In this document: one piece after another, positions 33,899-43,248 of the stretch
Numbering within the stretch: position 1 is the stretch's first letter
Layout: each line of letters starts with the position of its first letter
DNA from: a bacterium (Candidatus Howlettbacteria) CG_4_10_14_0_8_um_filter_40_9
Lineage (GTDB): Bacteria > Patescibacteriota > CPR2 > UBA1875 > GCA-2785325
Assembly (NCBI GenBank): GCA_002785325.1
Contig: PFMH01000047.1
Span: 1 to 47,675 of the forward strand
Length of the DNA: 47,675 nucleotides
Direction of reading: 5' to 3'
Program-made: the position numbers and the translations under genes
Notes under the pieces: generated by a model
What the model saw: the letters and a program-made list of their open reading frames with translations, nothing else
Database searches by the model: none
What the model was told of the DNA's origin: nothing

Positions 33899-35029
33899 AT
33901 GGTGAATATTGCTGCAAAGAGAGAAAGAAGATTTAAGCCGGACTATACGCTGGCTTTTTTGGTATATCTATTGGTCTTGATCGGTGCTGTGATGGTTTTT
34001 TCGGCTTCCGTAGTTATAAGCTACCAAGTATCCGGCGGTTCAACATTTTATTTTACAAGACAGCTTCTAAGCATCGGGATCGGCACTATTATTTTCCTTA
34101 TTGCTTCACGCGTAAATTATAATTTTTGGAGGAAAATCGCTCCTTACCTTTTTGCTTTAAATATTTTACTTCTGATTATGGTCTTTGTCCCAGGTATTGG
34201 CTTAGGACATGGCGGGGCAAACAGATGGATAAATCTGGGGATATTTACCTTCCAGCCAACCGAAACACTGAAGCTTTCGACAACAATATTTTTGGCTTAT
34301 TTTTTTGAAAAGATTGGGAAGGATATCAAGGGATTATTAACCGGGCTTGCACCGTTTTTAGTAATTCTTGGCATTATTTCATTTTTGGTGATGAAACAGC
34401 CGGACATGGGGACTTTTATAGTTACTGCGATGATAGCTGTCGGAATGTTCTTTGTTGCCGGAGCAAATATGGCTCATGTTTCTTCTCTTGGTCTTTTAGG
34501 TCTAGGAGGACTTGGGTTGCTCATAAAATCTGCTTCCTACAGGATGGCCCGTTTCATGGTATTTCTAAATCCTGGCGCTGACGCTGGAGGTTCTGGGTAT
34601 CATATAAACCAAGCGCTTCTTGCCATCGGAACCGGCGGTCTTTTTGGTCTTGGTTTTGGCCAATCAAGACAGAAATATCAGTATCTGCCTGAAGCGGCCA
34701 CTGACTCGATATTTGCCGTTATGACCGAGGAACTTGGCTTTATATTCTCTAGTATCGTCGTTTTGGTATTTGTTGGTTTGAGTTATAGAGTTTTTAAACT
34801 GGCTAGATCTGCTCCTGACACTTTTAGCCGCCTTTTAGCTACCGGAGTGGGAATTTGGGTGCTAGCTCAAACATTTCTAAACATTGCCGCTATGATGTCG
34901 CTTGTTCCTCTAACGGGGGTTCCGTTGCCATTTATTAGTTATGGCGGATCGTCTATAATGTTCTTGCTTTTAGCATTTGGTATTCTTATAAATATTTCAA
35001 GATATAGCGTAGTAAAGGAGAGAAGATGA
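33899..35029 (+). CDS. ftsW: SEDS-family peptidoglycan polymerase FtsW
   Basis: FQPTETLKL...YLPEAATDSIFAV...PLPFISYGGSS. Confidence 0.93.
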   Translation: MVNIAAKRERRFKPDYTLAFLVYLLVLIGAVMVFSASVVISYQVSGGSTFYFTRQLLSIGIGTIIFLIASRVNYNFWRKIAPYLFALNILLLIMVFVPGIGLGHGGANRWINLGIFTFQPTETLKLSTTIFLAYFFEKIGKDIKGLLTGLAPFLVILGIISFLVMKQPDMGTFIVTAMIAVGMFFVAGANMAHVSSLGLLGLGGLGLLIKSASYRMARFMVFLNPGADAGGSGYHINQALLAIGTGGLFGLGFGQSRQKYQYLPEAATDSIFAVMTEELGFIFSSIVVLVFVGLSYRVFKLARSAPDTFSRLLATGVGIWVLAQTFLNIAAMMSLVPLTGVPLPFISYGGSSIMFLLLAFGILINISRYSVVKERR

Positions 35030-36237
35030 AGATACTTGTAGCGGGGGGAGGTACAGGCGGGCATATAGCGCCTATAATCGCCGTTTTAGAAAAACTTAAG
35101 GCAAAGGACAAGGAGGCAAAGATACTCTATGTCGGATCGAAAAAGGGATTGGAAAGCAAGATAATCCCAAAGATGGATATTGATTTCGTATCTATAGATA
35201 CGGGCAAGTTCAGAAGATATCATAAAAACAAACTGATAAATATTGTAAATCCGAAAACCGTCACTCTGAATGCCAGAGATCTGCTGGGGGCGGTGAGAGG
35301 AGTAAGAGATTCGTTATCTATCCTAAAGAAATTTAAGCCGGAAAGTATTTTTATAAAAGGCGGATATGTGAGTTTGCCAGTAGGAATAGCGGCTAAGATC
35401 CTCGGTTATCCTTTTTGCATCCACGAGTCAGACACGGTTCCCGGGTTATCAAATAGAATACTTTCCAGATGGGCCAAGGTGATCCTAGTTTCTTATCCAA
35501 AGGATTTTTACGAAGAGTATTTTGATATGGAAAAAGTTTTTTATACGGGGACGCCAGTTCGAAAAGACCTTCTTTCGGGCGATAAAGGAAGAGGCTTGGA
35601 GACTTTTTCATTTGACAAAGACATCCCGACGATACTCGTTTTGGGGGGGAGTCAAGGGAGTAAAGCCATAAATAGTGTGGTAAAGGGTTCTCTGGAAGAT
35701 CTTTTGTATAAATATCAAGTAATTCATGTCACCGGAGAGCTTGATTTTGATAATATAGAATACTTAAGGTCTAAACTGCCGAAGGAAATGCAAAAAAGGT
35801 ATAAAGTATATGACTTTCTATCCGCCGAGTTGAAAGATGCTTATGCAGCTTGTGACTTGGTAATTGCGAGAGCCGGAAACAATGTCCTTACTGAGATGGC
35901 GGCTCTAAAAAAGCCGAGTATTCTCGTGCCTTTGCCATCATCAACGGGCGGTCACCAGTTTAAAAACGCGCAGATTTTTTCGAGAGAGGGAGCGGCTTAT
36001 CTTATGGAAGAGAGCAAGTTTGACAGAAGAACGCTCCTAAATCAAGTCGATTATCTTTTTGAGCACAAGGAAGAGCTCAAGTACATGTCTGAAAAGGTAA
36101 ATAAGTTCTATAAGGACGACTCGACTGATCTGATTGTAAAAAAAATAATAGAAATAAAAATTGACAGGGAGAAAGATGCTAGGAAGAAGAAGCCAAAAAA
36201 AGACGCTTTATCGGGACAGGGCAAGATCAAGGAATAA
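35026..36237 (+). CDS. murG: UDP-N-acetylglucosamine:lipid I transferase MurG with K-rich C-terminal tail
   Basis: GGGTGGHI.P N-terminal motif and a GT28 C-terminal domain. Confidence 0.93.
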   Translation: MKILVAGGGTGGHIAPIIAVLEKLKAKDKEAKILYVGSKKGLESKIIPKMDIDFVSIDTGKFRRYHKNKLINIVNPKTVTLNARDLLGAVRGVRDSLSILKKFKPESIFIKGGYVSLPVGIAAKILGYPFCIHESDTVPGLSNRILSRWAKVILVSYPKDFYEEYFDMEKVFYTGTPVRKDLLSGDKGRGLETFSFDKDIPTILVLGGSQGSKAINSVVKGSLEDLLYKYQVIHVTGELDFDNIEYLRSKLPKEMQKRYKVYDFLSAELKDAYAACDLVIARAGNNVLTEMAALKKPSILVPLPSSTGGHQFKNAQIFSREGAAYLMEESKFDRRTLLNQVDYLFEHKEELKYMSEKVNKFYKDDSTDLIVKKIIEIKIDREKDARKKKPKKDALSGQGKIKE

Positions 36238-37006
36238 AGTTCCGCAGATATACTCAAGGACGCAAGCGATAGTTCCTGAAAGGAACTTTTCTAAATTGTA
36301 TTTGGTCGGCTTCGTCTTTGTTTTATTGCTCTTTACCTATATTGCTCTTTTCTCACAGGTTTTTGCGATAAAAGATATCATAGTAACCGGAGATTTCGGG
36401 AACAGTCAAATAAAAGATGGTATCGCGAAAGAAGCAAATAAAAATATTTTTTCAAAAAATATGTTATTTTTTCAAAGCGCAAAAACCATAGAAATGATTA
36501 AAAAAGATCTTAAAGTGCAGGACTTAACGATAAAGAAGAAACTACCCAATAAACTCCTTATTACGGCTCACGAGAGGGAAGCGAGCTTTATCTGGGAAGA
36601 AAACGAAAAGAAATTTTTGATTGATAAAAATGGACTGGCATTTTTAGATGTCAGTGGGGAAGAGGGGAGTAGCCGAGACGTACTTCCAAAAATTAAAAAT
36701 AATCTAATATCCCTGAACAATCTGGGAGACACTGTCGCCACAAAAGAGTTTATGGATTTTATTAGTTTTTTATCTGAAAATTTTAATTTTGAGACTTTGG
36801 ATAAAATCGAACTTTTTGAAATAAACGGAACGAATACCGAGATCACAGTTTTAACCGATAAAAACTATAAAGTTTTTTTTGATGCCACGAGGGGCGCAGC
36901 CAGCCAGCTTAAAAGCCTGGCGAGGGTGAAAGAGGAGGCAGTAAAGAGCAAGAAAAAGCTGGAATATATAGATCTAAGGATAGAAACACGAGTATTTTAC
37001 AAGTAA
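36176..37006 (+). CDS. ftsQ: FtsQ/DivIB-like cell division protein (POTRA)
   Basis: ATG after GGGAGAAAG. TM helix, then IKDIIVTGD... POTRA-like region. Overlaps the murG tail by about 60 nt. Confidence 0.7.
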   Translation: MLGRRSQKKTLYRDRARSRNKVPQIYSRTQAIVPERNFSKLYLVGFVFVLLLFTYIALFSQVFAIKDIIVTGDFGNSQIKDGIAKEANKNIFSKNMLFFQSAKTIEMIKKDLKVQDLTIKKKLPNKLLITAHEREASFIWEENEKKFLIDKNGLAFLDVSGEEGSSRDVLPKIKNNLISLNNLGDTVATKEFMDFISFLSENFNFETLDKIELFEINGTNTEITVLTDKNYKVFFDATRGAASQLKSLARVKEEAVKSKKKLEYIDLRIETRVFYK

Positions 37007-37279
37007 CTTGTGTATATGGCCCAAGTGTGTACAGGGTCGCATAAGATACATTGTGCGACGTTATGTCGCAGAGTGTTGTTCTATATAGAAATTAACTTAT
37101 CGATTTTTTTTATGCATCGTAAAGTTTCTAAAATTTTAAGGAGGGGATGAAGGGTGAGGACCTTCTCGCTTTTTTAAAAGCAACTTAACATCTTTCTTTT
37201 TATATTTTATTGAACAAAAAAGAAATACCCTTTTAGTCCGAGAAAAAAAATAAAAATATTTTTATTATTTTAATCCTGT

Positions 37280-40200
37280 TTAAGCTCCGTTTTTATCAGT
37301 CTTGCTAGTATCTTTTTTAAATACAATAGTTTCGCCTGGTTGTATCTGATTGTTTGAGGACTCATTATGGTGTTCTCTAACTTCTATCCTTTGGTGTGGA
37401 TGGATCTCTTTCAGGTCTTTAAAGCTATCTGGTGTTACCACTTTTATCTCTTTATGGCTATTTCTGCCCGAAACGTCTATATGATGCCTGTTATGACTCT
37501 GTATGTTTTGTTTATGTTGAACCTTTGGCCTCTCGATATATTTGGATATATTGAGGTCTTTAGAAGACACTTCTTTTTTGGAATTGTCTCCCCTATCTGA
37601 TTGGGGTTTGTTTGTTGTATCAATTTTTTTATTTTTTATTTCTTGTTTTTCCGAAATATTCTCAGACGGTTCATCGCTTTTTACCGCTTTTCGAATAATA
37701 TCTTTAAGCGTTTCTTTATCTATCTCCTTTCTTTCTCTTTTTGGAGCGTCTTTCTGCTTGTATTCGTTATTATTTGCCACATGAGGACGGTTATAGGTAG
37801 GTTTATCGGGCGTGGTTTTCTTTTCTTGAATATTTATCTGTGGTTTTGAGACCGGTTTTGTTTGTGCGGGAGGAATTTCTTTTTTTATAACAGGCTGCGG
37901 TTTTTGAGCGAGGTTCTTTACAATAGGCGCGGAAAAATTATTTTCTTTGGTGTTTACTGTTTTTTGAACGGGAGAAGTTTCTTTTACATCAGATGTGCTC
38001 CCTTCTGTCACTATGTCTTCCATCCCGGACCATTTGTTTATCTTCTCTTCAACTTCCCTCCTTGGCCTCCCGTATCTTTCTCTCGAGTTATTTATGATGG
38101 TCTGCGTGTTTCCTCTATCAATCTCGGGGATAGTCAGCGTCTTAGCAGAAAACGGGTTGCTCGTTTGTCCGTTCATCGTCATTTTTAAGTATACTTGCTG
38201 TCTATCTAGATTTATGATGTCCCCTACTTCAAAAGGAGGATTTAGTTCTTTTTCCAAAAAGCCTGCGTCTTGAGCGCCAACTCTAAAAGTTATCATGGTT
38301 CCGACGTTTCCGAATACTGCCTCTCTAACTTCGTCTGCCATCTGTGCGATGTATTGATTGGCTATAGTGAGATTTAGGCGGTATTTCCTCGCCTCAGATA
38401 GGATGGTTGCAAAGGCGCCGGTAGCGAAATGCTGGAACTCATCTACATACAAGAAGAAGTCTTTTCGATCTTCCGGATTGGTGTCTGCTCTCGACATAGC
38501 GGAGAGCTGAAGTTTTGTTATGATCATTCCCCCCAAAAGTCCGCTGTTTACTTCCCCTATTCTTCCGGTAGAAAGGTTTATCAGTATTATCTTTTTATTG
38601 TCCATTGCTTCTCTCATGTTGAAGGTACTTTTTGTTTGGCCGATCATATTTCTTATAAGCGAACTTGCAGTAAATTGCCCTACTTTATTTAAGATCGGAG
38701 CGACGGCTTCAGATGCAAATTTATCGTTATATGTCGCAAACTCCGTAGTCCAGAACTTTTTGACCACAGGATCCTTTATTTCATCGACAACCTTCTTTCT
38801 AAAATTTTTATCGGTAAGCATTCTCACTATCCCTAAAACGGTACTGTTTGGGTAGTCCAGAAGCGCTAGGATAGTATAGTTTAAGATATACTCCAGTCTT
38901 GGACCCCATGAATGGCCAAATAATTTTTCCAATGTTCCAACGAATCCCTGGGCTACGAAATGCTTTAGAGCCGGATCATCGACTTCTAGCGGGTTGAATC
39001 CTACTGGAAACTCCTGATCAGCCGGATCCAAGAGTATCACATCGTTTATCCTATGGGTCGGTATCTTTTTTAGAGTGTCGTGGATAAGATCTCCGTTCGG
39101 GTCGATTACGGCCAAACCATTGCCTCTCTGGATATCTTCCTCGATAAAGTTTTCTAAAAGTTTGCTTTTCCCCATACCGCTTTTTCCGATGATATAGGTA
39201 TGCCTTCTTCTGTCATCTGTCTTGATGCCAAACTTTGTCCTGTTGTGTCGAAAGTTTGTTTCGGCAAATGGAGTAAGCTCTTCGCTGGGTGTATTCAGCT
39301 CTGTGGGTAGTTCTGTCGGCGGCTCCCCCGTTTTTGAGGATGTCCACTTAATGTTTGGCGTTTCCACGGAAGTATGCGGCAGATGGTATAGACTTGCTAG
39401 TTCTTCAATGTTAAGTATGAAGCCCTTATCCATAAAAAGACGGGTTCTATAGTCTTCTAAAAAGTTTTTGCCGTAGTAGACCTTTGTTGATTTGAAACCG
39501 TTTAAGTTTGTTGAATTATATTGCTTAAATGTTCCAACTATAGCTTGCAGTCTCTGGCTTGCCAAAAGTTTGCTTTTAGACAGATATAAAGCACGTATCT
39601 TAACCTGATAACCAAGTTTCGTGATCTTCTCCTCAATAGCGGATATTCTCGCTGTTTCGTCCGGAGAAAGTTCCTTGCCGCTTTTTTTATCTGACTCAGC
39701 GGGCGATGAAACTGTTCGTACAAGTTCTCCGATGAATCTAAAAAAGCCTGCAAAGACAAATTTCGCAATATTTTGGGTATCCATATTTACTCCGCCGTTT
39801 TTCTTCGAGTGGATATAGCTAAGTCCCCTGTTCTTCCAAGCGTCCGGTATAGGGCGAGCCAGAACCTGTATCCAGATTTGTTCATCGCTTTTTTCCAGTT
39901 TACTTAAAACTCCGGTAATTCCAGCGAGAGGATCTACTTTAAAGTTTTGAAATGTTTTTATCGGTAAAATGTCGTTTCTAATGAGATCTATCTCTGTACC
40001 TGCTACACAGTCATCTGCCCCATCGTCATCCATATCTATATCTAGAGAATAGTCTTCAACAATCTTGAGTTCTGCCGACGGGTATTGCGCATAAACTTGC
40101 CCTTCGACAAAGTCTTTCAGGTGCGAAGGAACCCAAACATAAAACTGGATAGCGTCTATAGTAGCCACTATCTCAAAGCTTATATGTTCTTGATATGATC

Positions 40201-40456
40201 CTTCTTTTACTAGTGACTTTTTTGGTCTAAGTATTCCGTGAAGCGTAGCAAACATCATTTCTGCGGCCGTAGGATCTTTTTCATTGCTTCGCGGGACTTT
40301 GATTGATAATATTACGGCTTCCTGTTTTGACGCCCATGTTGCTTTTCTAAAATTTTGCCAAGAAAATATCCCTATAACGGGGACCAAAAGCCACCATGTC
40401 TTTAAAAGGATAGTAAATATTCCTTGGACTATAGATGTAAATAAATCAACAATCAT
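37280..40456 (-). CDS. VirD4/TraD-like (type IV coupling protein type) P-loop ATPase
   Basis: N-terminal TM helix. Walker A IIGKSGMGKS. Walker B FFLYVDEFQHF. The ~250-aa C-terminus is low complexity (K/E/N/Q/P). No other T4SS genes in the window. Confidence 0.75.
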   Translation of the reverse strand: MIVDLFTSIVQGIFTILLKTWWLLVPVIGIFSWQNFRKATWASKQEAVILSIKVPRSNEKDPTAAEMMFATLHGILRPKKSLVKEGSYQEHISFEIVATIDAIQFYVWVPSHLKDFVEGQVYAQYPSAELKIVEDYSLDIDMDDDGADDCVAGTEIDLIRNDILPIKTFQNFKVDPLAGITGVLSKLEKSDEQIWIQVLARPIPDAWKNRGLSYIHSKKNGGVNMDTQNIAKFVFAGFFRFIGELVRTVSSPAESDKKSGKELSPDETARISAIEEKITKLGYQVKIRALYLSKSKLLASQRLQAIVGTFKQYNSTNLNGFKSTKVYYGKNFLEDYRTRLFMDKGFILNIEELASLYHLPHTSVETPNIKWTSSKTGEPPTELPTELNTPSEELTPFAETNFRHNRTKFGIKTDDRRRHTYIIGKSGMGKSKLLENFIEEDIQRGNGLAVIDPNGDLIHDTLKKIPTHRINDVILLDPADQEFPVGFNPLEVDDPALKHFVAQGFVGTLEKLFGHSWGPRLEYILNYTILALLDYPNSTVLGIVRMLTDKNFRKKVVDEIKDPVVKKFWTTEFATYNDKFASEAVAPILNKVGQFTASSLIRNMIGQTKSTFNMREAMDNKKIILINLSTGRIGEVNSGLLGGMIITKLQLSAMSRADTNPEDRKDFFLYVDEFQHFATGAFATILSEARKYRLNLTIANQYIAQMADEVREAVFGNVGTMITFRVGAQDAGFLEKELNPPFEVGDIINLDRQQVYLKMTMNGQTSNPFSAKTLTIPEIDRGNTQTIINNSRERYGRPRREVEEKINKWSGMEDIVTEGSTSDVKETSPVQKTVNTKENNFSAPIVKNLAQKPQPVIKKEIPPAQTKPVSKPQINIQEKKTTPDKPTYNRPHVANNNEYKQKDAPKRERKEIDKETLKDIIRKAVKSDEPSENISEKQEIKNKKIDTTNKPQSDRGDNSKKEVSSKDLNISKYIERPKVQHKQNIQSHNRHHIDVSGRNSHKEIKVVTPDSFKDLKEIHPHQRIEVREHHNESSNNQIQPGETIVFKKDTSKTDKNGA

Positions 40457-40642
40457 TTTTTTTAACTATTCTTATTGCTGTTCTCATTTTAGTCACTTTA
40501 TAGAAATCCAAAGATCTGCGTTGGCCGTATGTGGCAGAACCTTAGAATAAAAAGCTATGTCAAACAGGTTTGCAGCAATAATTACTTAATTTTTATTTTA
40601 AGGGTCGTCTTTTACCCCCACGATGCAAAGCCTATGCCGATA

Positions 40643-41719
40643 TTATTTGTTCAGCGCGTAAGTGGCTTTGCTCACTCTTTTGAAGCGATCTTTTTGAAGA
40701 TTTAGGATGATAGTTGCTTCCTTAACGATCCTTTTTTCAAGAACGCTTTCTACGATCTTATCCTTGTGAAGAGGCCCGTTCGCTTCTCTTAGAACTTCTG
40801 CTATGACTTCTTCTACTACTCCTTTTTTGTAACCCCATTCAGAGAGAGCGTATATCCCTCTTCCTATCAAGACAAACCTCTCATCTTTTATGAGTTCGTT
40901 GTGAACGGCTTGTCGTGTTACTTTTTTCGCCTGTTCCTCGGAGTTTATCTTATCTGCGATATCATTGAAATACATTGGAGTTGTGGCCCTTTTTAGGATG
41001 ATATATATCTTATCTTTTATACTCCTCGGATTCACTTCTCTCCAAAGATTGAGTCCCCAACGGCTCTCATCCTTAACTTTAGCGATATTTTTAGAAGATT
41101 CAAGCATATTTAGAATAACGATATCTTTAAGTATCTGATGTTTGAGATTCTCTAAAAGCTCGCCTTCTTCTACCGTTTCTCCTCTTTGTTTCAAGTATTC
41201 TTGCGCTTTTTTTATGATCTCTTTGGCATGTCTGCCATATTCATTTTCCAAAACCCAAACATTCACATGATAATCGTTCTCTTTTATAAGTTCGATCTTG
41301 TTGCATAGTTCAAGTAAAAACATAACATTATTTTTTTGGTCTTCCGATCTTTTCGTAAAATGCGAAATAATCTTTTTTTCAGTGGCATATCCGCCGTTTT
41401 TGCTTAAGAATCTAAGTATTTGTTTATTAAATTCTTTACCATGATCTTTCCCGCATCGCGGTTTTGCAAGCTTTTTTTTCGCGGTGCTTTCGATCTGTCG
41501 GACTCTTTCTCTGGTGATCCCCATATCTTTCCCTATGGCGTCCAGAGTCATTTTTGTATGTCCTAAAAGACCGTACCTTTTCTTAAGTACTTCTTTATAC
41601 CTGTCTTTTTTCAGGCAATTGCAATCAAAAATATCTACTACTTCACTTTCTATGTCAGTAGAGACTATACTTTTATTCTTTTTTTCCAGATCTTCGAATA
41701 ACGATATTTTGCTTTCCAT
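40643..41719 (-). CDS. Sigma-70 region 4 HTH protein with repeated HARE-HTH-like winged-helix domains
   Basis: MTLDAIGKDMGITRERVRQIESTAKKKL is region 4.2-like. DESRWGLNLW, DERFVLIGRGIYALSEWG and DRFKRVSKATYAL resemble HARE-HTH (RpoE N-terminal) motifs. The start is taken at the first ATG downstream of the mapped promoter; the ORF track extends to 41920, across promoter and hairpins. Confidence 0.7.
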   Translation of the reverse strand: MESKISLFEDLEKKNKSIVSTDIESEVVDIFDCNCLKKDRYKEVLKKRYGLLGHTKMTLDAIGKDMGITRERVRQIESTAKKKLAKPRCGKDHGKEFNKQILRFLSKNGGYATEKKIISHFTKRSEDQKNNVMFLLELCNKIELIKENDYHVNVWVLENEYGRHAKEIIKKAQEYLKQRGETVEEGELLENLKHQILKDIVILNMLESSKNIAKVKDESRWGLNLWREVNPRSIKDKIYIILKRATTPMYFNDIADKINSEEQAKKVTRQAVHNELIKDERFVLIGRGIYALSEWGYKKGVVEEVIAEVLREANGPLHKDKIVESVLEKRIVKEATIILNLQKDRFKRVSKATYALNK

Positions 41720-41809
41720 AAAGTAAAATCCCAATCTCTTTATATCTATAGAGAATCTTTCAGAAATCCTTTTTTTAACTTTTAGTTGCTTTTTTCTTTT
41801 AACTCCTAA

Positions 41810-41879
41810 ATTATAGCACAGATGACATTCGTTGTCAATATCGTGAATATTTGCGAAAAACGGGAGATATTCACGATAT
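41810..41879 (-). promoter_or_regulatory. Canonical promoter plus 13-bp perfect inverted repeat (candidate operator)
   Basis: On the - strand: TTGACA (41838-41833), 17-nt spacer, TATAAT within TGTGCTATAAT (41820-41810). Inverted repeat ATATCGTGAATAT (41838-41850) / ATATTCACGATAT (41867-41879) abuts the -35. Confidence 0.65.
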
Positions 41880-42145
41880 CTCCTATCTATCCTAGAGGCG
41901 AACCGTTGCGAAACTTGCAACGGTTACTGTAGCTTTATTTTAAATCATCAAAAAAATTAAATCTAGTAGACAAAAAGCAACGAATGTACGAATGAAAACC
42001 GAATCTACGAATATACGAATAATCACTACTAATTACAGATCAATACTAATGTACGAATTACGAATGATTTGAGAGTTGATTAGGGTCAGACCCGTGCTCT
42101 TGGATGACTCACAAGGGACTGATCCTTTTGGGGGCACGTAATAGT

Positions 42146-42448
42146 TTATCTGGCTGAAACCGCAAAGTGATAAAAGTACTTGTTTAATGCATTTAAATCT
42201 TCTGCATCGTTTGAATCAATCGCTTCCAGATAACTTTCTCTAGCTCTCGCGATCTCTTTTCTTTTCGGCCCCGCCCATCTATCATCAGAGATAGTAAGGT
42301 CAAGAAGCTCCAACGCTCTTTCTTTTGCTGATTCCTTACTTCTCCCGGAGATCGATCTCCCTACTTCACTGCCGATATTACCCAGCTGTTCGTTAAGAGT
42401 GAGTTTTCGCCATTTATCGTTGATCTCGGCTGAGTGAATTTGTGTCAT
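42146..42448 (-). CDS. Conserved hypothetical 100-aa helical protein (downstream gene of an overlapping pair)
   Basis: LNEQLGNIGSEVGR...ERALELLDLTISD. ATGA overlap with the upstream gene. Confidence 0.65.
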   Translation of the reverse strand: MTQIHSAEINDKWRKLTLNEQLGNIGSEVGRSISGRSKESAKERALELLDLTISDDRWAGPKRKEIARARESYLEAIDSNDAEDLNALNKYFYHFAVSAR

Positions 42449-42786
42449 CTTATAACTAGTTTATTTACTATTTCTCTTATTTTTTCCTGAATTTCCTTGC
42501 TTTCTACTCCCCTGCTTCTGCTTCCCTGAGACGGTCGGATATTTATCATGGAGTCAAATTCTATAATATCAGCGCCTTCAAAGTAAATATTTATACCCCA
42601 AAGGTTTTCTTGTTTCGAACCGTTATCCAATAGTAAAGCCTCTTCATCGGCGTGAAGATCTCCTCCCACTGTCATGATACTTCTTTCAGTATCGACAACC
42701 GCCTTTATCATCTCGATAAATTGGCTTTCGGCCATTTTCTTGAGCTTTTCGAGACTGATCTTGTCTTTGATAATCTTTATTTCCAT
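42445..42786 (-). CDS. Conserved hypothetical 113-aa protein (upstream gene of an overlapping pair)
   Basis: Clean ORF with typical codon usage. Possibly the DUF5674 family, from memory and unverified. Confidence 0.6.
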   Translation of the reverse strand: MEIKIIKDKISLEKLKKMAESQFIEMIKAVVDTERSIMTVGGDLHADEEALLLDNGSKQENLWGINIYFEGADIIEFDSMINIRPSQGSRSRGVESKEIQEKIREIVNKLVIR

Positions 42787-42849
42787 AGGCTGATTATAGC
42801 ATAAAAAAGACGCTAGCTAAAAACGATAACCATTAGCAGTTTAGATAAA

Positions 42850-43248
42850 CTATTCCGTAGTTGAGCCGTCGAACTCCGGGCTGTCGGCCTCGGCTTCTGC
42901 TTTTGTGGCGCGAACAACGCCGTCTTGGTGATGCGCCGGTGAGTAAATGGTGTAGAGTTTGAGATCATCTGTGTCTGAAGTATTTATGATGTTGTGCTTC
43001 GCGTCAGCCGGTACGACTATGACGCTACCATTCCCTATCTCGTACTCATTTCCGTCGATGATCGCCTTCCCCTCCCCTTTTTCAAATCGGAAAAACTGAT
43101 CGTTTTCTTCGTGCACTTCCATCCCGATATCTTCGTTTGGTTTCAATCTCATCAGCACTAGCTGGCTGTGCTTTCCTGTATATAAAACTTTGCGGAAATT
43201 AGTATTCTCCAATGTTTCCTTTTCGATGTTTGCGTTAAATCCCTTCAT
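42850..43248 (-). CDS. Cupin domain protein
   Basis: G.EVHEENDQFF.F..G.G......NEYEI..GSVIVVPA...HN fits the two cupin motifs. AAGGAG SD and a TGTATTATAAT promoter element upstream. Confidence 0.8.
   Translation of the reverse strand: MKGFNANIEKETLENTNFRKVLYTGKHSQLVLMRLKPNEDIGMEVHEENDQFFRFEKGEGKAIIDGNEYEIGNGSVIVVPADAKHNIINTSDTDDLKLYTIYSPAHHQDGVVRATKAEAEADSPEFDGSTTE

Noticed and set aside
37144-37185. Tiny ORF (MKGEDLLAFLKAT) after an AGGAGG-like sequence in the ftsQ/T4CP convergent spacer
   Set aside because: The SD-to-ATG spacing is only 2 nt, the ORF has just 13 codons, and there is no supporting conservation evidence.
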